A stretch of 64,000 bases of DNA from Candidatus Woesearchaeota archaeon (GTDB lineage Archaea > Nanobdellota > Nanobdellia > Pacearchaeales > GW2011-AR1): contig CAZTCF010000001.1 of the NCBI GenBank assembly GCA_964612685.1, positions 19,399 to 83,398 of the forward strand, written 5' to 3'. The notes below the pieces were generated by a model. That model was not told the origin of the DNA. It made no database searches and saw only the letters and a program-made list of their open reading frames with translations. How positions within the stretch are numbered: the stretch's first letter is position 1; each line of letters begins with the position of its first letter. This document shows, one piece after another, positions 45,528-54,342 of the stretch. A program made the position numbers and the translations under genes.

Positions 45528-47066
45528 TTAACTCTGGCATCCAGCTAAGGTTTCCCATAACTGATAGCTATCTCCTATTTCAATATCGGTTATTCCTGTT
45601 GAGACTTGTATAACTGTATATTGTCCTGGATTAATTGGGTAGTCCATTTTTAATACAGGATAACAACGAGAGTATATACTTGTTATTCTTACATAATGTG
45701 CATCATTTAGTATGGTTTGTTCTGATGTTTCTCCAAATTCAGGTAAGTTACTTCCTGTAAGGAAATTGTGTCCTATTGGTACTGGCCAGACAGAAGTTAC
45801 AGTTCCGGAATTTAAACTTGTTTCTGGAGCTACACAAATACCATTTATACAGGTTTCTGGTAGGGTACATTCCCCACAAGATTCTCCACACCCATTCGGA
45901 ACATCTCCACATTCAGTTCCGGTTTCAAGACAGTTATCATCACACATTACACATATCCCTGTTGTAAAGTTACATTCTTCTGGCAAGATGCAATTTCCAC
46001 AAGTTCCACCACATCCATCCTCTCCGCACTCTTTACCAATACAATCAGGAGTACATAGTTCACATATTCCACTTTCATTACAAAAATAATTTGAACCATA
46101 TTCATATTCGCAATCTCCTCCAAATGTTCCACAAGTTCCACCACATCCATCCTCTCCGCACTCTTTTCCTATGCAATTTTCTATAGGGTTACAATCCGCT
46201 TGACATATTCCTCCTACGTTGTGTTCTCCTACTAAACAACAAATTCCCCCATCACACCATCCGCTACTACATGTTCCACATTCATTTTCGTCTCCGCATC
46301 CATTTGGAGCTGCACCACACATTTGATCTCCACAATTTGGTTGAATTATTCCAGGACAGCTTCCTTCACATCCGTCTGAGCAGCTTGTTCCAGTACAAAT
46401 TGTTGATGAGCAAGCACAGTTTGCCACACAAGGTTCGGTTGTTGTTGTACAACTTCCTGAAACGCACTCTTCCGGACTTGTACAGCTTCCGCAACTTCCA
46501 AAGCATCCATCATCTCCACAATCTTTTCCTGCACAATTCGGAACACAACCCGGGTCTGGCTCTCCCTCTCCTTCTCCAGGGTCTCCTTCTCCTCCAGAAC
46601 CAGTGTAATAAACATAATATGTATCTTGAACATCTCCTGTTATTGTTTTTCCAGAACTGGTTGAGAATACCGGAGAGATAGACACACTAACTATATTTCC
46701 AGTATATGGGACGGGAAACGTTGTTACTTCAAATTCATCAAATGTCTCTCCTGGAGGTATATTATTTGTAAAGACATATGAATCTCTCCCATCAAATATA
46801 GATATAATTATATCATTTAATTCTCCCGCACCGGCATTTCTTCTTATTTTTATTCCTGTAGAATTTGGATCAGAATAAACATCTGAGGGATAAACTTTTA
46901 CTATTTCTAGACTAATAGTGAATTGTCCTAATGAAATTGATTCTGCATTGTTTTTTATAACTGTTCTTATAACCCCCCAAACTATTGCAATTGCAACTAT
47001 AACAAGAAGAATTATTAAAAGGGTTGCGACAACTGTTGAGAGACCTCTGGTATCACCTTTTTTCAT
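45528..47066 (-). CDS. surface protein with archaeal type IV pilin-like (class III) signal peptide and Cys-rich CGxDGCGGxCG repeats
   Basis: MKKGDTRG|LSTVVATLLIILLVIVAIAIV is pilin-like. The central region carries at least five repeats such as CIGKECGEDGCGGTCG. Confidence 0.7.
   Translation of the reverse strand: MKKGDTRGLSTVVATLLIILLVIVAIAIVWGVIRTVIKNNAESISLGQFTISLEIVKVYPSDVYSDPNSTGIKIRRNAGAGELNDIIISIFDGRDSYVFTNNIPPGETFDEFEVTTFPVPYTGNIVSVSISPVFSTSSGKTITGDVQDTYYVYYTGSGGEGDPGEGEGEPDPGCVPNCAGKDCGDDGCFGSCGSCTSPEECVSGSCTTTTEPCVANCACSSTICTGTSCSDGCEGSCPGIIQPNCGDQMCGAAPNGCGDENECGTCSSGWCDGGICCLVGEHNVGGICQADCNPIENCIGKECGEDGCGGTCGTFGGDCEYEYGSNYFCNESGICELCTPDCIGKECGEDGCGGTCGNCILPEECNFTTGICVMCDDNCLETGTECGDVPNGCGESCGECTLPETCINGICVAPETSLNSGTVTSVWPVPIGHNFLTGSNLPEFGETSEQTILNDAHYVRITSIYSRCYPVLKMDYPINPGQYTVIQVSTGITDIEIGDSYQLWETLAGCQS
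45995..46166. repeat. 40-nt perfect direct repeat (45995-46034 and 46127-46166), 132-nt period, inside the pilin-like gene
   Basis: TTCCACAAGTTCCACCACATCCATCCTCTCCGCACTCTTT occurs twice. On the minus strand it encodes the duplicated KECGEDGCGGTCG module. Confidence 0.9.
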
Positions 47067-47104
47067 TATTTAAGATGGCAAATAAGGTTAATAAATATTA
47101 GGTT

Positions 47105-47455
47105 TTAGAATTCTTTTTCTTCACTTTTTAGATGCCCATTTCTCTTTAACCATTCAATTTGGTTTGAAGGATATTTGAAAATTACATCTCCCTTTGAGTT
47201 ATCTAATTCCCAAGGTTCAACTAATACAGTATCCCCCGGACGAAGCCAAAGTTTTCTTTTTAATCTTCCAGGAACACGAGAATTTCTCGTTTTTCCATCT
47301 AAACATTTAACTTTCATTTTATTTCCTCCAAGTCTTTCTTCGATTATACCTATTACTTCTTGACCTCGGGGTATTTTAGCTCTTGTTATATGTACTTCTT
47401 CACTTGGATTATCTTCACTTTCTTCTTCTGAGAATTCATCAATTTCTTCTGGCAT
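47105..47455 (-). CDS. eif1a: translation initiation factor 1A (aIF1A)
   Basis: S1-like OB: GQEVIGIIEERLGGNKMKVKCLDGKTRNSRVPGRLKRKLWLRPGDTVLVEPW. Confidence 0.88.
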   Translation of the reverse strand: MPEEIDEFSEEESEDNPSEEVHITRAKIPRGQEVIGIIEERLGGNKMKVKCLDGKTRNSRVPGRLKRKLWLRPGDTVLVEPWELDNSKGDVIFKYPSNQIEWLKRNGHLKSEEKEF

Positions 47456-47536
47456 GTTTTAGAGAAAATATTACATTTTATAAATATATAGTTTAAGAGA
47501 CTATATCTTTATATTTTAAATCAACTAGTTGGAATT

Positions 47537-47767
47537 ATGAAAGAGGAAGAAAATAATTTAGAAGAAAAATCTAAAGAGTTATTGAATCTAAGAGATGTAA
47601 CTGGAAATGAAATTTATTTATCTAATATTAAACCTCTAGAGGATTATATCTTATCCATTAATTATCTCATAAAAAAACATTATATTATTGAAGTTGGGAG
47701 TACTGTTAAAGATTTTCATTATGAACTAACTTCTAAGGGTAAGCAGTGGATTGAAAATAATAATTAA
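47537..47767 (+). CDS. hypothetical small protein (possibly winged helix)
   Basis: 76-aa ORF. Confidence 0.4.
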   Translation: MKEEENNLEEKSKELLNLRDVTGNEIYLSNIKPLEDYILSINYLIKKHYIIEVGSTVKDFHYELTSKGKQWIENNN

Positions 47768-48060
47768 ATAAGAACCAGGGCAAAGGGGATGTTTGCAATC
47801 CTTCCTACCCCTTCTTTTGTAATTATCCCAGATTCTATAGCGGTTTGGATTGACTTTTCTCCAATTATATTAAATGTAGAATCTTCCATTTTCATATCTC
47901 TCATTATCTCAGAAGCTTCTTCTTTTGATAGTTCTCTTCCTTTAAAGAAGCTTTCCTTAACATCGAGCTGGAGATTCCCATCTTCAAATTTTTTCCCTAT
48001 CAATTCTTTATCGCAAACAGCTACAACATCTCTATAGGATTTTATTACATTTACAAACAT
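47764..48060 (-). CDS. DUF424 family protein
   Basis: VAVCDKELIGKKFEDGNLQLDV...FKG fits my memory of archaeal DUF424. Confidence 0.55.
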   Translation of the reverse strand: MFVNVIKSYRDVVAVCDKELIGKKFEDGNLQLDVKESFFKGRELSKEEASEIMRDMKMEDSTFNIIGEKSIQTAIESGIITKEGVGRIANIPFALVLI

Positions 48061-48062
48061 TT

Positions 48063-48257
48063 TTAGTAACCCTTTTTAGCTTCACCAGACTTCATAGCCT
48101 TTTCTGCATTTGCTGCAGACATCATAGCACACATTACTGTACCACAATCAGGACATTTTCCTTTTGCCATAAAACCACCTTTTGCAGTTTGTGTCATTAC
48201 AGCATCTTTCATTTTTTGCCCTTTCTTCTTACATTTTACACAATAAGCTTCAACCAT
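48063..48257 (-). CDS. small zinc-ribbon protein (DUF5679-like)
   Basis: AYCVKCKKK...GKCPDCGT. Confidence 0.55.
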   Translation of the reverse strand: MVEAYCVKCKKKGQKMKDAVMTQTAKGGFMAKGKCPDCGTVMCAMMSAANAEKAMKSGEAKKGY

Positions 48258-48349
48258 TTTTTACCTCCCTTAGTTTAATTGAGATAGGGTTCTCACGAAA
48301 TTTTCTTTTATAAATATTTAGATTTTTGATTTTTTATCTTTTATGAGCA

Positions 48350-48631
48350 TTAACTCTCGCAGATTATGATTTTAGATAAATTTTCGTATTTAATTATTTC
48401 TGGACAAATATATTTTTCTTTGTTTTCAATTACATTTAATCCAAAGAATATTGTATTTTTTGGTTCTATTATTCCGAATATATATTTATTTGGTATATCT
48501 TTAATTTCTATTAAAGCTAGCTTATTTCTATTTTCTTCGATTATTTTTCTTTTGTATTCTACCGAATCTTCTAAGTTTAATTTAACCTTTTCGAATACAT
48601 CGAATTTTCCTTTTATATCCTCTAATTTCAT
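48350..48631 (-). CDS. hypothetical protein
   Basis: 93-aa ORF. Confidence 0.4.
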   Translation of the reverse strand: MKLEDIKGKFDVFEKVKLNLEDSVEYKRKIIEENRNKLALIEIKDIPNKYIFGIIEPKNTIFFGLNVIENKEKYICPEIIKYENLSKIIICES

Positions 48632-48663
48632 TAGAATTTAATTAACACTTTTTTAATTATTTT

Positions 48664-49074
48664 TTATATTTTATCTCTTACTGGATGTTTTGCTCCACAA
48701 GCTAGACAATGAATAAAATTCAGTCTGTTTTCTTTTTTGAGTTCTGTATCCGGTTTTCCACATTCTTTGCATATAACAAATTCTTTTACATATTGGTCTA
48801 TTTTTGCATTTACTTTTGCACTAGGTATTTTATTATTAAGAACAAGTCTCTCTCCTTCTTTTTGTCCGGATGTTGCTAGCTCTTTTAGTATAAACTTTTG
48901 AAAATGTTCGGAGTTTCTTCTTATATATGATGAAATGTTGAAAAAATTAGTTAAAATTGTTTTTTTCCCTTCTATGTGTCCTTCTATAGGGGGGATTTCA
49001 AATCTTCCTTCTCTTCCCTCAACTAGTTTTACTTTGGTGTATGCTTCATCAAGAAGTTTTTCGTAGTCTGTCAT
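48664..49074 (-). CDS. eif2b: translation initiation factor 2 subunit beta (aIF2-beta)
   Basis: YEKLLDEAY..., GKKTILTNF, and the zinc ribbon CKECGKPDT...CLACGA. Confidence 0.88.
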   Translation of the reverse strand: MTDYEKLLDEAYTKVKLVEGREGRFEIPPIEGHIEGKKTILTNFFNISSYIRRNSEHFQKFILKELATSGQKEGERLVLNNKIPSAKVNAKIDQYVKEFVICKECGKPDTELKKENRLNFIHCLACGAKHPVRDKI

Positions 49075-49080
49075 TAATTT

Positions 49081-49641
49081 CTAAAAAGGAACGTCTTTAT
49101 AAGTATTTTGTTGAACAGAATTCCAATTTATCTTGAATTTTTCTGGGTCAACCCCCTCTGTGAAATAAACTTTTCCAGTTTTAACATCTTTAGAAGAGAT
49201 TATCTTTGGGATTAATTTAAATTTTGGGTAACCAATATAATGATCCCACTCAGATATTTTTGTTTTTCCTTTTTGATGGTATAATGGAAACTGATTCATC
49301 CAATCCCAATTCACTAAGTATATTTCTCTGTAGTCTACAATCTTCTCCAAATTTATTAAATCATTTCTTTTTACGTCTTTAACTTTCTTGTTTAAAATAT
49401 AAAATCCTAATCCCCAATAAATCTCTGAAAATTCTTTATTATATTCTAATTGATGTCCCAAAAATCTCCAGCATTTATGGTTTTTTATTTCCGGGTATAT
49501 TCTTTCAAATTTTATTTCTACTGCTTTTTCATCATCTATTAAATCTGGTCCCCTATTCGGGTTAATTTGCATGTTTAGAGCATTTGCAGCCCAATTTTCA
49601 TTAATAAAATGCATATGCGAATTAAATCTTCTTGGTTCCAT
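49081..49641 (-). CDS. hypothetical protein with PD-(D/E)xK-like motif
   Basis: 186-aa ORF. GPDLIDDEKAVEIKF gives a PD...ExK spacing typical of restriction-endonuclease-fold proteins. Confidence 0.4.
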   Translation of the reverse strand: MEPRRFNSHMHFINENWAANALNMQINPNRGPDLIDDEKAVEIKFERIYPEIKNHKCWRFLGHQLEYNKEFSEIYWGLGFYILNKKVKDVKRNDLINLEKIVDYREIYLVNWDWMNQFPLYHQKGKTKISEWDHYIGYPKFKLIPKIISSKDVKTGKVYFTEGVDPEKFKINWNSVQQNTYKDVPF

Positions 49642-49695
49642 TAAAGTCGTAACTTTAATCCTTTTTTAAGAATTATTGTGTTATTTTAATCTTGT

Positions 49696-50325
49696 TTATC
49701 CCAAATATCTTACTTTTCCTGGTCTGGGTTCAAATATTATTCCTTCCTCAAGGAATTTCTTTATTTCTTGATTTATTATATCTGGAGATACATCTTTTAA
49801 TCGGAGTATTATTTGTTCTTTTTCAATTCCCCCCTCTTCCTCTGCTTCTTTTATTATATTAATTATGCTATCTTTTATTGCTACAATCTTGCTTTTTTCT
49901 ATTGGTGGAGATTTTTTTGGAGAAGCTTTTTCAAGTTCCAACTTTCTAATTAATAGGTATTTGGTGTTTTGTTCTTTTATTATTTCTGGTTGAATATATG
50001 TTTCGTTATTCCAGTATCTTAAGGTTCCTATAACTAGTACTGTTAATCCTTGGGTAATCTCTTTGAATTTTGCTATGTCGTCTCCAAATACTTTTAGACT
50101 TATTTGTCCAGAACCATCATCTAATTTGAAGAATATATATTTTCTCTCACCATCGTTTTCAAATTTGTCAACAATATTTCCAATTATATTTGCCCTTACT
50201 ATTTTTTTATCTCCTAATTCTAAGAATGAAAATCTTTCTCCATTAGTTACTGGTTTTCCAAGAAGAATATCTCCTATTTTTAGTTTGTATGCAACATTCC
50301 TTTTGAATTGTCCTTCTTCTGCCAT
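49696..50325 (-). CDS. OB-fold plus C-terminal winged-helix protein (RPA32/Stn1-like ssDNA-binding subunit), tentative
   Basis: VRANIIGNIVDKF...FKLDDGSGQISLKVFG...VLVIGTLRYWNNETYIQ is an OB fold. The C-terminus GIEKEQIILRLKD...LEEGIIFEPRPGKVRYL is a wH. Adjacent to mcm. Confidence 0.5.
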   Translation of the reverse strand: MAEEGQFKRNVAYKLKIGDILLGKPVTNGERFSFLELGDKKIVRANIIGNIVDKFENDGERKYIFFKLDDGSGQISLKVFGDDIAKFKEITQGLTVLVIGTLRYWNNETYIQPEIIKEQNTKYLLIRKLELEKASPKKSPPIEKSKIVAIKDSIINIIKEAEEEGGIEKEQIILRLKDVSPDIINQEIKKFLEEGIIFEPRPGKVRYLG

Positions 50326-50372
50326 CTTTTAATGTTTTCTGAAATTTTTACAGGTTTATAAGTTTTTATGAG

Positions 50373-52445
50373 TTAGAAAACTCCAATATATCCTTTTTTT
50401 GGTCTGTAAATCTCATTGTCTTTTATTAATCTGTTTATTATTTCTTCTAATTCGTCTTTTCCAATCTTGTCTTCTAATTCTTTTTCTATCTCCTCATAGG
50501 GAATCATCTTACCCATCTTTCCTTCAAGCGCGGTTATAACTTCTTTAACAGTGAATATTCTTGTTCTTTGGGAGGAAGAAAATTTCCCTGAAATTTTATC
50601 AATATCAAAAGTTTTTGATTCATAATCATATCCTACTTGCATAAGGTAATATTTCATTAATTCTATTGCTTGTTTTGCATCTTCTCTTGAAACTTCTTCG
50701 CTTAGTCTTAATCTTGCAGAGGCTTCTGCCATTCTTACAAGTGCCTGCAATTGTCTTGCTGAGATAGGTATAGGCCTCATAGCACTTTCAGACATAACCG
50801 GTTTGTTTCTTAGTTCAACATAGAATCTTTTAAGCTCTTCAACTGCATCTGAGCTCAATATTGGATTCACTTTTTGTTTCGCATATGCAACATATTTTCT
50901 CAATAAATTTGAATCAATTAGAACTTCTTTGGTGTCTTTTTGATGCTCCTTCAAAACATGGGCAGCAATTCTTTCATCTTTGTTTCTATCTGGCAAATCT
51001 CTTAATGTAAAAATTATATCGAATCTATTTATAAGTGTGGGAGGCAAATCTATTTGTTGTGGAATTGGCATAAAAGGGTCAAATCTCCCGAATTTAGGGT
51101 TTGCAGCTGCAAGAACAGAAGTTTGTGCCTTAAGAGATGCTTGTACATTAGCTTTAGAAATTGTAACTGTTTGCTGTTCCATTGCTTCATGCATGGCGCT
51201 TCTATCTTGAGGGTCCATTTTTTCTAATTCATCTATACAAACTAAACCTTTATTTGCCAGGACCATAGCTCCTGCTTCAAGGCTCCATCCTTTAAGGTAT
51301 TCATCTCTTACTACTGTTGCAGTCAATCCTGCTCCTGATGCCGATTTACCCACAACATATCTTCCTTTAGGGGAGATGTTTGACATAAATACAAGAGTTA
51401 CACTTTTAGCAACTCCTGGATCTCCTATAAGTAGAATATGTATGTCTCCTCTGGATTTTGAACCATCTGACATCTTTTTTTGAACCCCTCCAAATAGTTG
51501 TAAAATTAAAGCTTTTTTTATTTCTTCATATCCCCAAACACTTGGGACTATGCTCTTTGCTAAGTTTTCAAATATTTTTGGATCTTCTGACAATTCATGA
51601 ATTTGTTTTTCATCTTCATCTGTTATATCCAATTCTTCGAAAGTTTCTTCCATAGGAATAATATTGTTAGCTTCTACTGCTAGTTCAAATCTTGTTGATA
51701 ATCCTCCTGTGCTTAAGGGTACAGGAACTTCTTTTAATATCCCTATGACCTTTATCTTTGCTCCAGGGGTAGTTTTATCCTCCATTTTTGGTTCAACTAA
51801 ATCTTCTTTCACAAATATGTTCATTCTCTTTGGTTGTTCTCCTCCAGAAAGAGATTCTGGAGATTCTTCAATTACTAATCTTTGAGTATCAACCATATCT
51901 TTTGATATCAACCTAAATCCCCCTCTTCTACCACAAGAACATCTGCTAGGTTCTCTGAATTTCTTTTCAATTTGTAACACTGCTATCACGGTTCCACAGC
52001 TAGGGCATTCAAATTTAGCATTTACAACCTGTGGACGGACATCCGATGCTTGTCTTATTATTCCTTCAAGGATAACCAACTCGTTTAAGTGTTTTGAACG
52101 TATATTTCTTATTTTTATTTGGTGGGCTTCTGAAAGATTTTTTAAACGTACACGTGCATTTTTTACAAGTCCAAGTTCTTCAACTGCAAGTTCGATTATA
52201 CTTAAGGTTTCTTCAGGGTTAGTTATTATTTCATCTGAGAGTTTATTTGAAAACTCTGTGAGTTTCATAAAATCAAGATAAATTACATTTGTTTTCTTAC
52301 GTATAGATTCTCCCAAATCTTCTTTGTTGAAATTAAAGAAATTCTTTGCTTCTATGATTAATTCTTCTGATCTTGGCTTTTTTTTCTGATCTGTCTCAAA
52401 ACTTTCTCTAGAACTTTCCTCTTCTGAATAACTACCTTCTTCCAT
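50373..52445 (-). CDS. mcm: MCM replicative helicase
   Basis: Zinc motif CPSCG...CSCG, Walker A ILLIGDPGVAKS, Walker B CIDELEKM, and the arginine finger region SRFDIIF-like (NRFDIIF). Confidence 0.93.
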   Translation of the reverse strand: MEEGSYSEEESSRESFETDQKKKPRSEELIIEAKNFFNFNKEDLGESIRKKTNVIYLDFMKLTEFSNKLSDEIITNPEETLSIIELAVEELGLVKNARVRLKNLSEAHQIKIRNIRSKHLNELVILEGIIRQASDVRPQVVNAKFECPSCGTVIAVLQIEKKFREPSRCSCGRRGGFRLISKDMVDTQRLVIEESPESLSGGEQPKRMNIFVKEDLVEPKMEDKTTPGAKIKVIGILKEVPVPLSTGGLSTRFELAVEANNIIPMEETFEELDITDEDEKQIHELSEDPKIFENLAKSIVPSVWGYEEIKKALILQLFGGVQKKMSDGSKSRGDIHILLIGDPGVAKSVTLVFMSNISPKGRYVVGKSASGAGLTATVVRDEYLKGWSLEAGAMVLANKGLVCIDELEKMDPQDRSAMHEAMEQQTVTISKANVQASLKAQTSVLAAANPKFGRFDPFMPIPQQIDLPPTLINRFDIIFTLRDLPDRNKDERIAAHVLKEHQKDTKEVLIDSNLLRKYVAYAKQKVNPILSSDAVEELKRFYVELRNKPVMSESAMRPIPISARQLQALVRMAEASARLRLSEEVSREDAKQAIELMKYYLMQVGYDYESKTFDIDKISGKFSSSQRTRIFTVKEVITALEGKMGKMIPYEEIEKELEDKIGKDELEEIINRLIKDNEIYRPKKGYIGVF

Positions 52446-52603
52446 TTAGATAACTTCCTCCTTTATCTGAATGTCTGAGAATTCATTCTCTTCCATTATT
52501 TTTAAAGAAATGGTTCTTTTTTATAGATTTGTGTTATATTATGAAATACCTTATTTTATTATATTTTTCAATAAATATTTTTATAACTTAATAATTAGGA
52601 AAG

Positions 52604-53158
52604 TTATTTGTAGTTCTTAAGGGCAGTCTTGACATTTTTCAAGAGCTGGTCCATGCTATCTTCAAGTTGCTGCTTGTTTTTTGTACCAGTACATACAAGT
52701 TTTCCGTTTGAGAAAAGGAGGAAAGTAGCTGTTGGTTCTATTAATTTGTATACTAAACCTGGAAATTGTTCCGGTTCGTATTCTGTGTTTTCCATTTCTA
52801 ATGCTAAAAAATTAAGATTAAGTTTAAGTTCAATACTTCCAGAAGCAACTATATTCTGTACCGTTATCTTTGGTTTTCCGGTAATATTTACACTAATCTT
52901 TTTTAGTTGTTTTATTACTGCATCAATCACTTCTCTAACCTGAGTTAAGGATTTCGTACCCGTACATACGAGATTTCCAGATGAGAATACTAAAACTGCT
53001 GATTTTGGCTCTTTTACTCTTAGAACAAGCCCTGGGAATGTTTCAGGATTATATTCTGTATTTGGTTGAGTTCTTGCAAGCTTCGTTAGAGGAACCGGCT
53101 TTCCAAGGGAAGCGGTTGCAACAATATTTTGTATTTTATAATTGCTTTTTGCTACCAT
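52604..53158 (-). CDS. tbp: TATA-box binding protein
   Basis: Two direct repeats (IQNIVATASL.../VQNIVASGSI...; FPGLVLRV/FPGLVYKL; SGNLVCTG/NGKLVCTG). Confidence 0.93.
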   Translation of the reverse strand: MVAKSNYKIQNIVATASLGKPVPLTKLARTQPNTEYNPETFPGLVLRVKEPKSAVLVFSSGNLVCTGTKSLTQVREVIDAVIKQLKKISVNITGKPKITVQNIVASGSIELKLNLNFLALEMENTEYEPEQFPGLVYKLIEPTATFLLFSNGKLVCTGTKNKQQLEDSMDQLLKNVKTALKNYK

Positions 53159-53212
53159 TTTAATGGTTTATAAAGAAAAATTGAGTTTATAAAGGCTTCG
53201 AGGGAGGTAAAT

Positions 53213-54298
53213 TTACTTCCTCTTAAAATTCTTGTCTATGTAATCAATTAATTCGCTTCCTTTTATTTGAACACTGGAAGGACCAACTCTTATATAAAAT
53301 TCTTCTTCATTTTCTTGTGATCTTATAAACACTGGAGACTTGCTTTTCTCACAATCAATGATTAAAATTGTTTTATCTTCTATCTCATTAAATCTAAAAT
53401 TAACCAATGGAAAGAATTTTTTTCCAATCTTTGTTTTTATCACATTAGTAAGATGAAGGGAATAATTATCTTTGCTCTCAAATTTATCTTTTTCTATACC
53501 CATTATTTTTCCAGAATCCTCAACACCTATTAGAATTGTTCCTCCATTTGAATTCATAAATGCAACTATCGTCTTTAAAACAGAGTATTCTATCTTTCTA
53601 TCTATTTCATTTGTATGGAGGTTTGTTCTTAGTGTAGATTTAAACTCCATCTTTTCATTTTCTCCTTTTTTTATTATGTTGAATATTTCTTCCTTTACTT
53701 TTTCTTGTTTTTTGAATAATTTTGGATTTTTGTCTGTTATTTTATCTACAATATTCCCAATTACCTTAAAGTGATATTTCATATATACATATCCTATTAA
53801 CGAAGAGATTAATGCTCCTAAAACTACAAAAGTCATTGTTTGCATAGAGTATGCATAAATCTCTGTGGAGAGAGTGTGATTAAGCACTATCTTTAGGTAA
53901 TATTTTGCAAGTTCAATAGCAAAGCCAAATGCCACTGCAAAATTAAATGAAAATGCAAGAACAAGAAAATAATTCTTTTTAATTTGTCCACTTGAATACA
54001 ATATTGAGAGAATCATAAATCCTAGCATTGCAATAGCTATACCAAATACAATTGGGGTGATTATTCCTCCTGTCTTTCCAAGTAAAAGAGTTATTACGGC
54101 GAATATTAATAGAAACCACTCAAACTCTGAGGGAATTTTTATTTCATATTTTGTGACTATTTGAGGTATAAATAAAAGAATTATAAGAAATATATTTGTT
54201 GATGCGAGGTGCCAAAGATGATTGTGTATTGAACTCAAAAGAGATAATATCAAAACCAACTTTACCGCTAATGACAGATAATTTCTTGTTTCAGACAT
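53213..54298 (-). CDS. multi-pass membrane protein fused to a C-terminal AlbA_2/Schlafen-like putative DNA-binding domain
   Basis: About 6 hydrophobic helices in the first 190 aa, then ENEKMEFKSTL...VLKTIVAFMNSNGGTILIGVEDSGKIMGI. Confidence 0.6.
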   Translation of the reverse strand: MSETRNYLSLAVKLVLILSLLSSIHNHLWHLASTNIFLIILLFIPQIVTKYEIKIPSEFEWFLLIFAVITLLLGKTGGIITPIVFGIAIAMLGFMILSILYSSGQIKKNYFLVLAFSFNFAVAFGFAIELAKYYLKIVLNHTLSTEIYAYSMQTMTFVVLGALISSLIGYVYMKYHFKVIGNIVDKITDKNPKLFKKQEKVKEEIFNIIKKGENEKMEFKSTLRTNLHTNEIDRKIEYSVLKTIVAFMNSNGGTILIGVEDSGKIMGIEKDKFESKDNYSLHLTNVIKTKIGKKFFPLVNFRFNEIEDKTILIIDCEKSKSPVFIRSQENEEEFYIRVGPSSVQIKGSELIDYIDKNFKRK

Positions 54299-54342
54299 AG
54301 ATTATTCAAGATAAACTTGTTTATATCTTTTTGCAGATATGA

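Noticed and set aside
45712-46681. Several ORFs on both strands inside 45528-47066 (for example 45712-46089, 46271-46681, 46346-46633).
   Set aside because: The 512-aa minus-strand frame has a coherent pilin-type signal and repeated Cys modules. The alternatives are compositional by-products of a repeat-rich, GC-richer segment.
52446-52496. A 16-codon upstream ORF (MEENEFSDIQIKEEVI) whose stop codon abuts the mcm ATG (TAAATG).
   Set aside because: It is too short to distinguish from chance in an AT-rich leader. The GGAGG within it is more simply the mcm ribosome-binding site.
52446-52603. A possible replication origin in the AT-rich gap between tbp and mcm.
   Set aside because: I found no repeated origin-recognition-box-like elements or flanking inverted repeats, and no orc1/cdc6 gene is in the window. 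AT-richness alone is uninformative in this genome.
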